Source: Cytophagales bacterium
Lineage (GTDB): Bacteria > Bacteroidota > Bacteroidia > Cytophagales > Cytophagaceae
Assembly (NCBI GenBank): GCA_004294225.1
Contig: REBA01000029.1
Span: 2,648 to 66,647 of the forward strand
DNA length: 64,000 nt
Direction of reading: 5' to 3'
Below are positions 18,551-28,076 of this stretch, in pieces; within the stretch, counting starts at the first letter, position 1, and each line of letters begins with the position of its first letter. A program made the position numbers and the translations under genes. The notes under the pieces were generated by a model that had not been told where the DNA came from, made no database searches, and saw nothing but the letters and a program-made list of their open reading frames with translations.

Positions 18551-18913
18551 TTAATAAGAGATGATTTCAAAAGGGAGCTCTATTAATTCTGAAAATTCTT
18601 CTCCAGCTTCCTGCATATCTTCATCATCTTTATGAAAATACCATAATACTTTTGCACCTGAAATAGGCTCACATTTTGATAATAAATCTAAAATGAGTTT
18701 TGAGGAAGCGGTGTTAAAATATTCAAGTTTTATTTCAAAAGCTGAGGATTCATTAGGCGATTTGCTATACTGGTCTAGCCATTGAATTAAAGGTTGATAA
18801 AATTCAGCGGCATCTTCTGGAAGAGAGCGCCCTGAGATTTCAAATTTACCTTCGTTTTTATCTAAGATTACTTTTGGTGTATCTTCAGTTCCTAATATTT
18901 CTAATCTATTCAT
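18551..18913 (-). CDS. DUF1987 protein (SiaC-like partner-switch phosphoprotein)
   Basis: A 120-aa protein with 'LEILGTEDTPKVILD...GKFEISGRSLPEDAAEFYQPLIQWL...LEYFNTASSKLILDLL'. A Thr sits at residue 68. Confidence 0.75.
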   Translation of the reverse strand: MNRLEILGTEDTPKVILDKNEGKFEISGRSLPEDAAEFYQPLIQWLDQYSKSPNESSAFEIKLEYFNTASSKLILDLLSKCEPISGAKVLWYFHKDDEDMQEAGEEFSELIELPFEIISY

Positions 18914-18930
18914 AACTAATATATTTTATT

Positions 18931-19473
18931 TCAATCGTTGATTCTAGCAATTTTTGTTTTAAATGAGAAAAATGAATATTGTTCATTTATAGATTCAAAG
19001 CCATATTCTAGCTTCTGACCAGATTTTCTTGCGATGTCTACAAAACCTAAACCTGCACCTCCTTTTTCAGACAATTCTCCATTTTTTATTAAATCTTTAT
19101 AAAGATTTTTTAGACCTTCTTTATCCAAAGAATTGATGTGATGAAGTTTGCCTTCTAGGCCTTCTACATATTGGGTTTGAATAAAGTTACCCGACATGAT
19201 TACATAAAAGTCTTCTTCTTTGCCAATCATAAAAATAGCACCTTTTTCTTCTTCTGAGATAACAATATCAGAGTGTTTACAGATGTTTTGGAGGCATTCT
19301 ACCATAACATTGAAGACTTTCTTTTTGGTATTGATTTCTTCTCCTAAGGAATCAAGGTTTCGCTCTGCCATTGTCAGTACAGACTTGGTGATTTCTTGCG
19401 TAAATTCGCCTTCATAGACAAGAATCAGGTTCTTACTTGACATGATTTTGTGTATGTCATAAATAAATTTCAT
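18931..19473 (-). CDS. SiaB-like HATPase-fold protein kinase (anti-sigma-kinase-like)
   Basis: A 180-aa protein with 'NVMVECLQNICKHS' (N-box-like) and 'GGAGLGFVDIARKSG' (G2-box-like). It sits between the PP2C and DUF1987 genes. Confidence 0.7.
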   Translation of the reverse strand: MKFIYDIHKIMSSKNLILVYEGEFTQEITKSVLTMAERNLDSLGEEINTKKKVFNVMVECLQNICKHSDIVISEEEKGAIFMIGKEEDFYVIMSGNFIQTQYVEGLEGKLHHINSLDKEGLKNLYKDLIKNGELSEKGGAGLGFVDIARKSGQKLEYGFESINEQYSFFSFKTKIARIND

Positions 19474-19508
19474 AAAAGCAATTGGTGGTTTGTGAGTGAA
19501 TAATTGAT

Positions 19509-22205
19509 TTAAAATTTGATTCCTATTAAGAGTACATCATCAGTTTGTTTGTTATCGCCTTTCCATTGTTCAAATTCAGACAGCAGTGTAACGTGAATTT
19601 TTTCAATGGGGTTATTAGAATTTTCAAGAATAATGTTTTTTATTTTATTGGCAGTGAATTTTCTGTTTTCAGCCCCACCGAATTGATCTGGAAATCCATC
19701 GGAAAAGAAAAATATGGCATCGCCTTTTTTTACTTTTATTTGATGATTGGTGAAATGAGTTTGGTTTTTATATATTCCACCACCTATTGCCCATTTGTCT
19801 CCTTTATATTCTGTTATTTGCCCATTAGATAAATGTAATAACTGACGATGTGCACCTGCAAATTCTACTATTTTTGATTTATGGTTGATTTTACAAAAAG
19901 CTATATCCATACCATCTTTGATGGCTTCTTCAGAGTTTTCTTTTATAAGTGTATTATTTACTCTTTGATCAAGTTGATCTAGAATTATTGCTGGATTTTC
20001 ATCTGGCATAGCATCTACGATGTTGTTCAATTGAAAGTACCCAACTAGAGACAACATTGCCCCTGGTACACCGTGTCCTGTACAATCTACGGCAGCAATA
20101 TAGGAGGTATCATCTTTTTGGATAAACCACGGAAAATCGCCGCTTACAACATCTCTTGGTTTGTAAAGTATAAATGATTCTGGAAATATTGTTTGAATTA
20201 ATTTTGTATCAGGAATAATCGCATTTTGAATTCTTTTTGAGTAATTGATGCTTTCATTGATGTTTTTGTTTTTTGCTTGAATTTCAAGTTCAATTCGTTT
20301 GCGTTCTGTGATATCGTGAGATACTACTAATACAGATTCTAATTCCTCTTCATTAAATTCAGGTATTGCATTAATTTGCATTATTCTTTCTCCAATAGGA
20401 GAGTGGTATCCTGCTTCCATCTTGATTTTTGTGGAATTTACTTTTATCTCATCAAGGATTTTCTGCCATGTAGCTATTATTCCATTGCCAATTTTTAAAT
20501 CCGATAATGATTCGTTGATAAAAGCGTTAGGTTTATTTCCTGTATATACTTCAATGGATGGATTTGTATAAGCAATTATACCTTCGCTGCTTATTCTAGT
20601 GATTAAATCTGGACTGTTTTCAGAAAGTGCTTGCATGTTTTTACGCATTCTTTCTTCGATTTCTGCTTTCCTTTTAAGAGTAATATCTCTAGCATTGAAT
20701 ACAATCCCCTTTACTGCTGGGTCATCTAGTAAGTTTTTTCCTGTTGCTTCCAGCCAAATCCAATCTCCATTTCTTTTTAGATATTGAAATTGCAAGTTGA
20801 ATGTTTGAGATGGGTGAACTATTAATTTTCTGATAGTATCTTGAAATTCACTTAGATTTTCTTCGTGTAAATGTTTGTCTTCTTTGGTACCAATAAGCTC
20901 TTCCGCATTATAGCCTAATATTCTATTTACAGAGGGGCTAACATATTTTATTTTACCATCTTTTTCATAGATAGTGATTACTTCTGAAGCATTTTCTAGT
21001 AAAGAATGCATTCTTTTTTGGGTATTAGAAACTTCTTTAATTTGCTCTTCTAATTTTTGATTAGACATTTTTAGCTCCTCTTGGGTAGCTTGCATTTCTT
21101 CTGCGTTTTGTCTAAGCTCTTCTTGTTGTTGCCTCAATTCGGAGGACATTTTTTGTGACTGCTCAAGGTGCAACTGAGTTTGTAAGTTCACTTGAATATT
21201 GAAAATAGTTCTAGCAATGATAGGACTTACTTCTTCAATAAACTTAATTTGATTTGGAGTAAATTTCTCAAATCCAGCAAATTCAACCACTCCATAGACT
21301 TTTTCATTATTGATTAATGGACTAATTAGAATACATGTAGGTTTTTTATCTCCTAAAATACCAGAAGAGATAGATTCATAACCTTTAGGGATTTCTGTAC
21401 GAAGTATTGTATATTGCTCTGCAGCAGCTTGACCTATGAGACCTTCTCCTAAGAAAAATTTCTTAGTTACAAATTTCTTTCTGTTATAGGCATAAAGAGC
21501 AATAGCTTCTATTGAAGTACGTTGTTCCTCGTCACCTTCATTGACTACAAAAAAAGCTCCTTGAACTGCATTAATTCTTGTAATCATATATTTGATTACG
21601 TCATTACTTAATTCAGTTAGGCTGTTATTATTTCTTAAAATTTCTCCTAGATCAGCTACTCCATTGATAATCCAGTTTCTTTCTATTTCTCTTTGATCTG
21701 CTTCTTGGAGTGCATTACTCATGTTTAATAAGGAGTGCCCAAGCACATCTTCTTTGCTTAATGCTTTGAAATCTTCGTCAAATTTCCCTTCTCCTATTTG
21801 GTAAGCATATTGTGCAGTATTTCTAAGATTGGAAGTGATATTGTTTAGTTTTTTAGACATCTCACCAATTTCATCTTGGCTATCGATACTAATTTCTTTA
21901 GGAAGTATTCCTTGTTCTATTAAGGATAAACATTCGTTGAGGTAATTAATAGGGGATAAGAATTGTTTTAAAAAATAATATATTCCATAAATTGATATAG
22001 ATAGGGAAATAATGATAATTCCCCAGTAAATCGAGTCTATATTAGCAATCAAATTACCAGCATTGTCAGAAGGAATTTTAAAAGTATTGATGATGTTGTT
22101 AAAAATAGAGTTGCTAATAAAATATACAACCAATAAAATGATGGTCATAAATAATAAGACCATTAAGTTTATCTTGATTCGTGTAGTAAGAAATTTATTT
22201 AACAT
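19509..22205 (-). CDS. Membrane sensor PP2C/SpoIIE-family phosphatase (TM, HAMP, GAF, coiled coil, two PAS, PP2C); SiaA-like
   Basis: Has two N-terminal TM segments and the HAMP motif 'DEIGEMSKKLN'. The GAF region contains 'GEGLIGQAAAEQ...VYGVVEFAGF', and PAS is marked by 'ITIYEKDGKIKYVSPS'. The C-terminal PP2C region contains 'VSGDFPWF...AAVDCTGHGVPGAM...DGMDIAF...FFFSDGFPDQ...DDVLLIGIKF'. Confidence 0.8.
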   Translation of the reverse strand: MLNKFLTTRIKINLMVLLFMTIILLVVYFISNSIFNNIINTFKIPSDNAGNLIANIDSIYWGIIIISLSISIYGIYYFLKQFLSPINYLNECLSLIEQGILPKEISIDSQDEIGEMSKKLNNITSNLRNTAQYAYQIGEGKFDEDFKALSKEDVLGHSLLNMSNALQEADQREIERNWIINGVADLGEILRNNNSLTELSNDVIKYMITRINAVQGAFFVVNEGDEEQRTSIEAIALYAYNRKKFVTKKFFLGEGLIGQAAAEQYTILRTEIPKGYESISSGILGDKKPTCILISPLINNEKVYGVVEFAGFEKFTPNQIKFIEEVSPIIARTIFNIQVNLQTQLHLEQSQKMSSELRQQQEELRQNAEEMQATQEELKMSNQKLEEQIKEVSNTQKRMHSLLENASEVITIYEKDGKIKYVSPSVNRILGYNAEELIGTKEDKHLHEENLSEFQDTIRKLIVHPSQTFNLQFQYLKRNGDWIWLEATGKNLLDDPAVKGIVFNARDITLKRKAEIEERMRKNMQALSENSPDLITRISSEGIIAYTNPSIEVYTGNKPNAFINESLSDLKIGNGIIATWQKILDEIKVNSTKIKMEAGYHSPIGERIMQINAIPEFNEEELESVLVVSHDITERKRIELEIQAKNKNINESINYSKRIQNAIIPDTKLIQTIFPESFILYKPRDVVSGDFPWFIQKDDTSYIAAVDCTGHGVPGAMLSLVGYFQLNNIVDAMPDENPAIILDQLDQRVNNTLIKENSEEAIKDGMDIAFCKINHKSKIVEFAGAHRQLLHLSNGQITEYKGDKWAIGGGIYKNQTHFTNHQIKVKKGDAIFFFSDGFPDQFGGAENRKFTANKIKNIILENSNNPIEKIHVTLLSEFEQWKGDNKQTDDVLLIGIKF

Positions 22206-22232
22206 TGAATGAAAATGATTTATTCTTAATGA

Positions 22233-22982
22233 TTATATAATTGATTTGCAAAAACTTGATTTTGATTTTTCGATAATTTCTTGTTCAAGAACTGTAAGGT
22301 CTTTAAAAAGTGCTACTTCTAATATTCCTATTGTAGCTGAACTATTGTTCGAAAAAGGAATAATATAAATATAGCTAGGGCTACTACTTCCTAATCCAGA
22401 GAATACATTGATATATCCTTCAGGGATATTGTCTAATTTTAAGGTTCTATTTTCCTTTGCGGAAAGTCCTATCAAGCCTTCTCCAAATTGGTAACTTGTG
22501 ATTTGATTTTCTTTAGCAACAAAAGCATAAGAACAAACCAAACTAACTTTTTCTTCATTCTGATGGCACTGGTATAAAACACCTTGTCCCGCTTGAATAG
22601 CTGAACACATTAAATTAAATGTTTTTTCTATTTTTTGTTGAATCGAGCCTTCGCTTTGCTCAATTTGATTTAATTCACTTGTAAATTTATCTAATTGAAG
22701 CTTGTCACTTTTCTGAACATCTCCTGAGTTTGTTGTGTTTTCTAAAGTATTTTCTTGAATTTTTTCTACATAAATAATTGTGGAGTTTTTATAAGTATAA
22801 AAAGAAAAGAGTACAATTAATGTAGACAAAATAAGCACTGCGATTACAATAGCCTCATCTATTGCCTGAAATTGATAACTGTTGATAAATTTTACTAATA
22901 GATATTTTGAACTTAGATAAAGCAAACCCAACAAGAACAATGTATTGAAGAAGATAAGCAAACGTTGGTATAGTAATTTCAT
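22233..22982 (-). CDS. Membrane-anchored GAF-domain protein (first gene of the operon)
   Basis: Has two TM segments and then a GAF-like region, 'GQGVLYQC...YQFGEGLIGLSAKENRTLKLDNIPEGY...GILEVALF'. This is paralogous to the GAF of the next gene. Confidence 0.6.
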   Translation of the reverse strand: MKLLYQRLLIFFNTLFLLGLLYLSSKYLLVKFINSYQFQAIDEAIVIAVLILSTLIVLFSFYTYKNSTIIYVEKIQENTLENTTNSGDVQKSDKLQLDKFTSELNQIEQSEGSIQQKIEKTFNLMCSAIQAGQGVLYQCHQNEEKVSLVCSYAFVAKENQITSYQFGEGLIGLSAKENRTLKLDNIPEGYINVFSGLGSSSPSYIYIIPFSNNSSATIGILEVALFKDLTVLEQEIIEKSKSSFCKSII

Positions 22983-23190
22983 TAATTTGATAAAATTTAT
23001 TTTTGTACTCTATGTCTTTGTAGTTTAAAAGTTGAATTAAAAGCTAGTTTAATTGTTTAAATGCTTATTATACCTTATTAAAAAAAAATAGTTAAACATT
23101 ATGCTTTATTTTTATTAAGATATTTGAAAAAAAATGATTAAAAAATAACAAAAAAATACTATAGTATTAAAAATCATTATTTTATATGTG

Positions 23191-23198
23191 TATCTTTG
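23191..23198 (+). promoter_or_regulatory. Candidate Bacteroidota -7 promoter box (TATCTTTG)
   Basis: Matches TAnnTTTG, 58 nt upstream of the ATG at 23256. Confidence 0.3.
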
Positions 23199-23216
23199 TT
23201 GATAAGAATTTGATTC

Positions 23217-23642
23217 TTGTTTAAAAAAATTATCTTTACTTTACAAAACAAGACAATGACTTACGAAGAAAAATTACTTGCTGCTGAAACACACGTTTTT
23301 AAAACTGTTTTTCCTAATACGACCAATCATCATGATACATTATTTGGTGGAATGGCAATGCAGATGATGGATGAAACAGCATTCATAACCGCTACTAGGT
23401 TTTGCAGGAAAAAACTAGTAACTGTTGCTTCTGATAAGATTGATTTTGAACTACCAATACCAGCAGGTACTTTTATTGAACTTATAGGTAAGGTAGTATT
23501 GGTAGGTAATTCTAGTATAAAAGTTCAAGTAGATATTTATATAGAACAAATGTACGCCGAAGGCAGAATAAAAGCTGTTACAGGAACTTTTTCTTTGGTA
23601 GCTATTGATGACGATAAAAAACCTATTAGAATAATTGATTAG
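23217..23642 (+). CDS. Hotdog-fold acyl-CoA thioesterase
   Basis: Contains 'VFPNTTNHHDTLFGGMAMQMMDETAFITA...VTVASDKIDF'. The probable true start is ATG at 23256. Confidence 0.75.
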   Translation: MFKKIIFTLQNKTMTYEEKLLAAETHVFKTVFPNTTNHHDTLFGGMAMQMMDETAFITATRFCRKKLVTVASDKIDFELPIPAGTFIELIGKVVLVGNSSIKVQVDIYIEQMYAEGRIKAVTGTFSLVAIDDDKKPIRIID

Positions 23643-23663
23643 GCTGCTCCCTAGTAAATTTTA

Positions 23664-24200
23664 TTGACAAGTGTAGATTTTTTCAAATTGATCAAAAAGA
23701 TAGTTTTTTTTCTTCTTTTACTTTGGGCGGAACATAGTTTTGCTCAGCAAAGTATTTGTTTCGAAAATATTATTACTGGTAAGAAAATAGAATTAAAAGC
23801 AGAACAACTTGTTTTGTTAGAATATAAAGGATATTTAGGTCAATATTCTAAAGTTTATGGAACAATAAAACAAATTGCCGATAGTACTATAGATGTTATT
23901 GTAACAGAAAAAAATCGGCAATCTAATTTCAAGGTACACCTCAAAGATATTGTTGCATTCAATAAGTATAGCAAATTTAGATTAATGGCCGAACCTATTA
24001 TCAACCTCTCTGTGGCTGTAGCTTCTGTTTTTTTGTTTTATAGTTTAGAACAAAATCACCCCAATATTAGTTTTGGTTATAGATTAGGTTTAAGCTTTGG
24101 AATCAATGCCCTTTCTAATGGAATTACAAAAATAGCCTTTCAAAAAAAAGCTAAAAACAAGCTTGCTTATGGTTGGCACATGAAAATCAATAATCAATGA
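23664..24200 (+). CDS. Hypothetical signal-peptide/membrane protein
   Basis: The signal peptide ends 'SFAQQ' and there are C-terminal hydrophobic segments. An ATGA overlap joins it to the next gene. Confidence 0.4.
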   Translation: MTSVDFFKLIKKIVFFLLLLWAEHSFAQQSICFENIITGKKIELKAEQLVLLEYKGYLGQYSKVYGTIKQIADSTIDVIVTEKNRQSNFKVHLKDIVAFNKYSKFRLMAEPIINLSVAVASVFLFYSLEQNHPNISFGYRLGLSFGINALSNGITKIAFQKKAKNKLAYGWHMKINNQ

Positions 24201-24820
24201 TAAAAAAAACGAAAACTTTGAATGAAAATGATTTCATTCAAATGGAACAAAGGTACAGGGCAACTTTTTTTAATTCTATCGGAGGCTTTAAAAGCTTGAC
24301 CCTTGTTGGAACCATCAATAAAAAGAAGCAAACAAATCTCGCTGTAGTAAGTTCTGTTTTTCATATTGGAGCAAACCCTCCGCTAATTGGAATGATTTTC
24401 CGACCTGATAGCGTAGAGCGACACACCTTAGAAAATATTCTCGAAACTGGCCAATATACTTTTAATCATGTTAATGAAAACATTTTTAAACAAGCCCATC
24501 AAACCAGTGCACGATACCCAAGAGAGATTTCTGAATTTGATGCTTGTGGATTATCGCCTTGGTATTCGGAAGGATTAATTGCTCCCTATGTGGAAGAAAG
24601 CAATATTAAACTTGGAATTACCTTTGCTGAAAAAATAGACTTAAAAATCAATGGTACAGTAATGTTGTTGGGGCAAATAAAGGAAGTAATTGTCCCAGAA
24701 AATTGTTTGAGTACAGATGGATTTGTGGACTTAGAAAAAGCAGAAACATTAACAGTTTCAGGTCTAGATGCCTATCATTCTACAAGTTTTATTACACGCT
24801 TACCCTATGCAAAGCCCTAA
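24197..24820 (+). CDS. Flavin reductase-like (FMN-binding split-barrel) protein
   Basis: Contains 'FFNSIGGFKSLTLVGT...NLAVVSSVFHIGANPPL', typical of flavin-reductase-domain proteins. Confidence 0.6.
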   Translation: MIKKTKTLNENDFIQMEQRYRATFFNSIGGFKSLTLVGTINKKKQTNLAVVSSVFHIGANPPLIGMIFRPDSVERHTLENILETGQYTFNHVNENIFKQAHQTSARYPREISEFDACGLSPWYSEGLIAPYVEESNIKLGITFAEKIDLKINGTVMLLGQIKEVIVPENCLSTDGFVDLEKAETLTVSGLDAYHSTSFITRLPYAKP

Positions 24821-24917
24821 TAACTTAATCAGTAATAAAATAGTGATATGGTATGTTTTAGTTAAAAAAAATATTAACTTAATACCATAAAATTGCTACT
24901 GTTATCAGTAACCCCAA

Positions 24918-27900
24918 ATGATTTTCCTCTTGAATAATATTCGTTTAGTTCTACTTACATCACTAATGCTGATGAGAATAGGTTATCTATGCTATTCGAA
25001 ACCATTTCATAAGCCCAATGAATCCAAAAAGCTGGAGTACCTTTTTATCGAAAACAAAGGACAGTGGAAATCAGAGATATTATTTAGAGCCAATATTGGG
25101 CATGGTGATTTGTTTTTAGAGAAAAACCGTATGGTTTATTTCCTTAAAGACAATTCTATATTTGATCATCATTCCTTAGTTAAAGGTTTACCTTCAGATA
25201 AAATAAAACAAAATGCACATATTTTTAAAGTAGATTTTGTGGGAGCTAATACCAACTCTACTATGGAGACTGAACATCCTGCACCTTGCACCTACAATTA
25301 TTTCAGAGGTAACGACGCTTCAAAATGGGTTTCCAATGCAAAATCCTATAAAAAAATCAATTATCGTCAATTGTATGAAGGTATAGACTTAGATTTTTAT
25401 AGCAAAGGAGACTTTCTGAAATACGATTTTATTGTTCAACCGAACGTTAGCCCAAATCAAATCAAATTAAAATTTGAAGGAGCAGATGCTTTAAAACTTG
25501 AAAATGGGCAATTGTTGATTCAAACTTCTATCGTGAACATCAGAGAAAAAGCCCCAATTGCTTATCAGATAATCAATCAAAAAAAGTGCAATGTGCCTTG
25601 TAGGTTTGTCCTTCGTGGAAATGAAGTTAGCTACGAATTCCCAAATGGATACAATCAAAATTATCAATTAATTATAGATCCAGAACTTATTTTTTCTACT
25701 TACTCAGGTTCCAAAGTGGATAATTTTGGGTTTACAGCAACATTTGATTCAGATGGTTTTTTGTATTCTGGAAGTGCTGTCTTTGATGACCCAAATATTC
25801 AGAATGGCTACCCTACTACCTTAGGAGCATTTCAAAATGAAATTACTGGAGCATGCGATTTTGCTATAAGCAAATACGACACTACTGGTACAACAATGAT
25901 TTATTCCACCCTAATTGGTGGTTCACTCGACGAAGTACCTCATAGTATTGTTGCCAATACAAATGGAGAATTATATATCTTAGGCACTACTGGCTCTGCA
26001 GATTTTCCATTATTAAATCCAATTCAAGCTGTTTTTAATGGGGGAGACCCTGTACTTTTTCAATCTATCAATGTATCGCATCCTTTTGGAGTAGATTTAT
26101 TTATTACCAAACTCAATAACACAGGTTCGCAAATAATTAGCTCCACTTTTTTTGGCGGTACTAAAAATGATGGAATCAATAGCCTTGCAAATTCTTTTCC
26201 AATCAATTTTTTAGGTCGTGGATTGCTGAATATATTTTCTCCACTAAGCTATAATTATGCTGATGAAATAAGGGGAGAAATTGATTTGGACGCCAATGGA
26301 GAAGTGTATATTACCACCTGCACCGCTTCTCCAGATTTTCCTGTTACTCCCAATGCCTTTCAGCAAGTATTCGGAGGGGGCAGATTAGATGGCTGTATTA
26401 CCAAGTTTGATAACTCAGTTAGTCAAGTTATTTGGAGTTCTTTTTTAGGGAGCAGTGAATCAGATGCTTTATATTCTATAGACTTTGATAGCGTCAACCA
26501 AATCTACGTAGCTGGTGGTACTAATTCTATAGACCTTCCTACCCAACTTACTTCTTTTCAAAGAAATTCAAACCGTGGTAGGGCAGAGGGATACGTTGCT
26601 AAAATAAGTGCAAATGGCAATACTATCTTGGCATCTACCTATTGGGGTAATTTTTCTTATGACCAGATTTATTTTGTAGAATTAGATGGTAGGGGAAATG
26701 TGTATGTACTTGGTCAATCAGAGGATGGAGGAAATTATTTTATTAGAAATACAGCTTACTCAGTTCCTAATGCTGGGCAATTTATTACCAAATTCTCCAA
26801 TAATCTCAATCAGCTTATTTGGTCCACATCTTTTGGTACTCTCGGTGGCAGACCTAATTTGTCTCTAACAGCATTTCTTGTAGATTTATGCAGTAATGTG
26901 TATTTATCTGGTTGGGGCGGGAAAACAAATTCTGATTTGCTTGCTTATCTACCCAATGGTAATTCATTCAATATCTTTAGAGCAAATAACACTGTTTCTA
27001 CCGCTGGTCTGCCTACTACAGCAGACGCTTTTCAGAGAACTACAGATGGAAGCGACTTTTATTTGATGGTATTAGGTGACTCCTCTAGATTAGTCTATGG
27101 TTCATTTTTTGGTGGAGATAGAAGCACAGAGCACGTAGATGGTGGTACAAGTAGGTTTGATAGAAAAGGTAAGATTTATCAATCAGTCTGTGCTGGATGT
27201 CAAGGAAACAGTGATTTTCCGATAAAACCAACAAATGCTGTTTCTCCCATAAATGGTAGTACAAATTGTAACAATGCTGTTTTTAAATTTGATTTTAATC
27301 TGCCTATTGTAGTTGCAGATTTTAACTTTTCAGGTTGCAATCCTATCTTTTTTAATAATAAAAGTCTAACCCAAAAAGCCACCAATTTCCTTTGGAAATT
27401 TGGAGATGGTCAAACTTCAAGAGAGAAAACCCCATCACATACTTATGCTAGGTCTGGTACCTACAAAGTAACCTTAGTTGTTACAGATAATTTTACCTGT
27501 AATCTTGGAGACTCAATTACAAAACTAGTCTATGTTTCGCCTCTTTACGATGGGGTAAGTGCTACTGCTAATCCTGAGACTATAATTGAAGGAAAAAGCA
27601 CTTTATTATCTGCGTTTCCAGTTGGAAATTATACCTATCTTTGGTCTCCCTCAAAAATATTATCTAATCCTAACTTACCTTCTACAACAGCAAAGCCCAG
27701 AGATACGACAGATTTTGAAGTAGAAATTACGGATAAGTTGAATAATTGCTCTTATAAAGCTAAAGTAAGGGTAAATGTTATTGATGTCATTTGCGATGAG
27801 CCAAACATCTTTGTTCCCAATGCTTTTAGCCCAAATGACGATGATAACAACGAAGTTCTAAAAGTTAGAGGAATAAATATAGCCACTATGTATTTTGCAA

Positions 27901-28073
27901 TTTATGACCGCTGGGGCGAAAAAGTGTTTGATACCAATACACAGGAAAAAGGTTGGGATGGAAGATATAGAGGCAAAAAACTAGATCCAGATGTATATGT
28001 TTACTATCTAGAAGGTATTTGTATAGATGAAGAAAAGTTTCTTTTTAAAGGTAACATTAGCCTAATACGATAA
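24918..28073 (+). CDS. Large cell-surface protein with beta-propeller repeats, a PKD domain and a T9SS type-B (gliding-motility-associated) C-terminal domain
   Basis: PKD is marked by 'FLWKFGDGQTSREKTPSHTYARSGTYKVTLVVTD'. The type-B CTD reads 'IFVPNAFSPNDDDNNEVLKVRG...IYDRWGEKVF...GWDGRYRGKKLDPDVYVYYL'. Confidence 0.85.
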   Translation: MIFLLNNIRLVLLTSLMLMRIGYLCYSKPFHKPNESKKLEYLFIENKGQWKSEILFRANIGHGDLFLEKNRMVYFLKDNSIFDHHSLVKGLPSDKIKQNAHIFKVDFVGANTNSTMETEHPAPCTYNYFRGNDASKWVSNAKSYKKINYRQLYEGIDLDFYSKGDFLKYDFIVQPNVSPNQIKLKFEGADALKLENGQLLIQTSIVNIREKAPIAYQIINQKKCNVPCRFVLRGNEVSYEFPNGYNQNYQLIIDPELIFSTYSGSKVDNFGFTATFDSDGFLYSGSAVFDDPNIQNGYPTTLGAFQNEITGACDFAISKYDTTGTTMIYSTLIGGSLDEVPHSIVANTNGELYILGTTGSADFPLLNPIQAVFNGGDPVLFQSINVSHPFGVDLFITKLNNTGSQIISSTFFGGTKNDGINSLANSFPINFLGRGLLNIFSPLSYNYADEIRGEIDLDANGEVYITTCTASPDFPVTPNAFQQVFGGGRLDGCITKFDNSVSQVIWSSFLGSSESDALYSIDFDSVNQIYVAGGTNSIDLPTQLTSFQRNSNRGRAEGYVAKISANGNTILASTYWGNFSYDQIYFVELDGRGNVYVLGQSEDGGNYFIRNTAYSVPNAGQFITKFSNNLNQLIWSTSFGTLGGRPNLSLTAFLVDLCSNVYLSGWGGKTNSDLLAYLPNGNSFNIFRANNTVSTAGLPTTADAFQRTTDGSDFYLMVLGDSSRLVYGSFFGGDRSTEHVDGGTSRFDRKGKIYQSVCAGCQGNSDFPIKPTNAVSPINGSTNCNNAVFKFDFNLPIVVADFNFSGCNPIFFNNKSLTQKATNFLWKFGDGQTSREKTPSHTYARSGTYKVTLVVTDNFTCNLGDSITKLVYVSPLYDGVSATANPETIIEGKSTLLSAFPVGNYTYLWSPSKILSNPNLPSTTAKPRDTTDFEVEITDKLNNCSYKAKVRVNVIDVICDEPNIFVPNAFSPNDDDNNEVLKVRGINIATMYFAIYDRWGEKVFDTNTQEKGWDGRYRGKKLDPDVYVYYLEGICIDEEKFLFKGNISLIR

Positions 28074-28076
28074 TTC

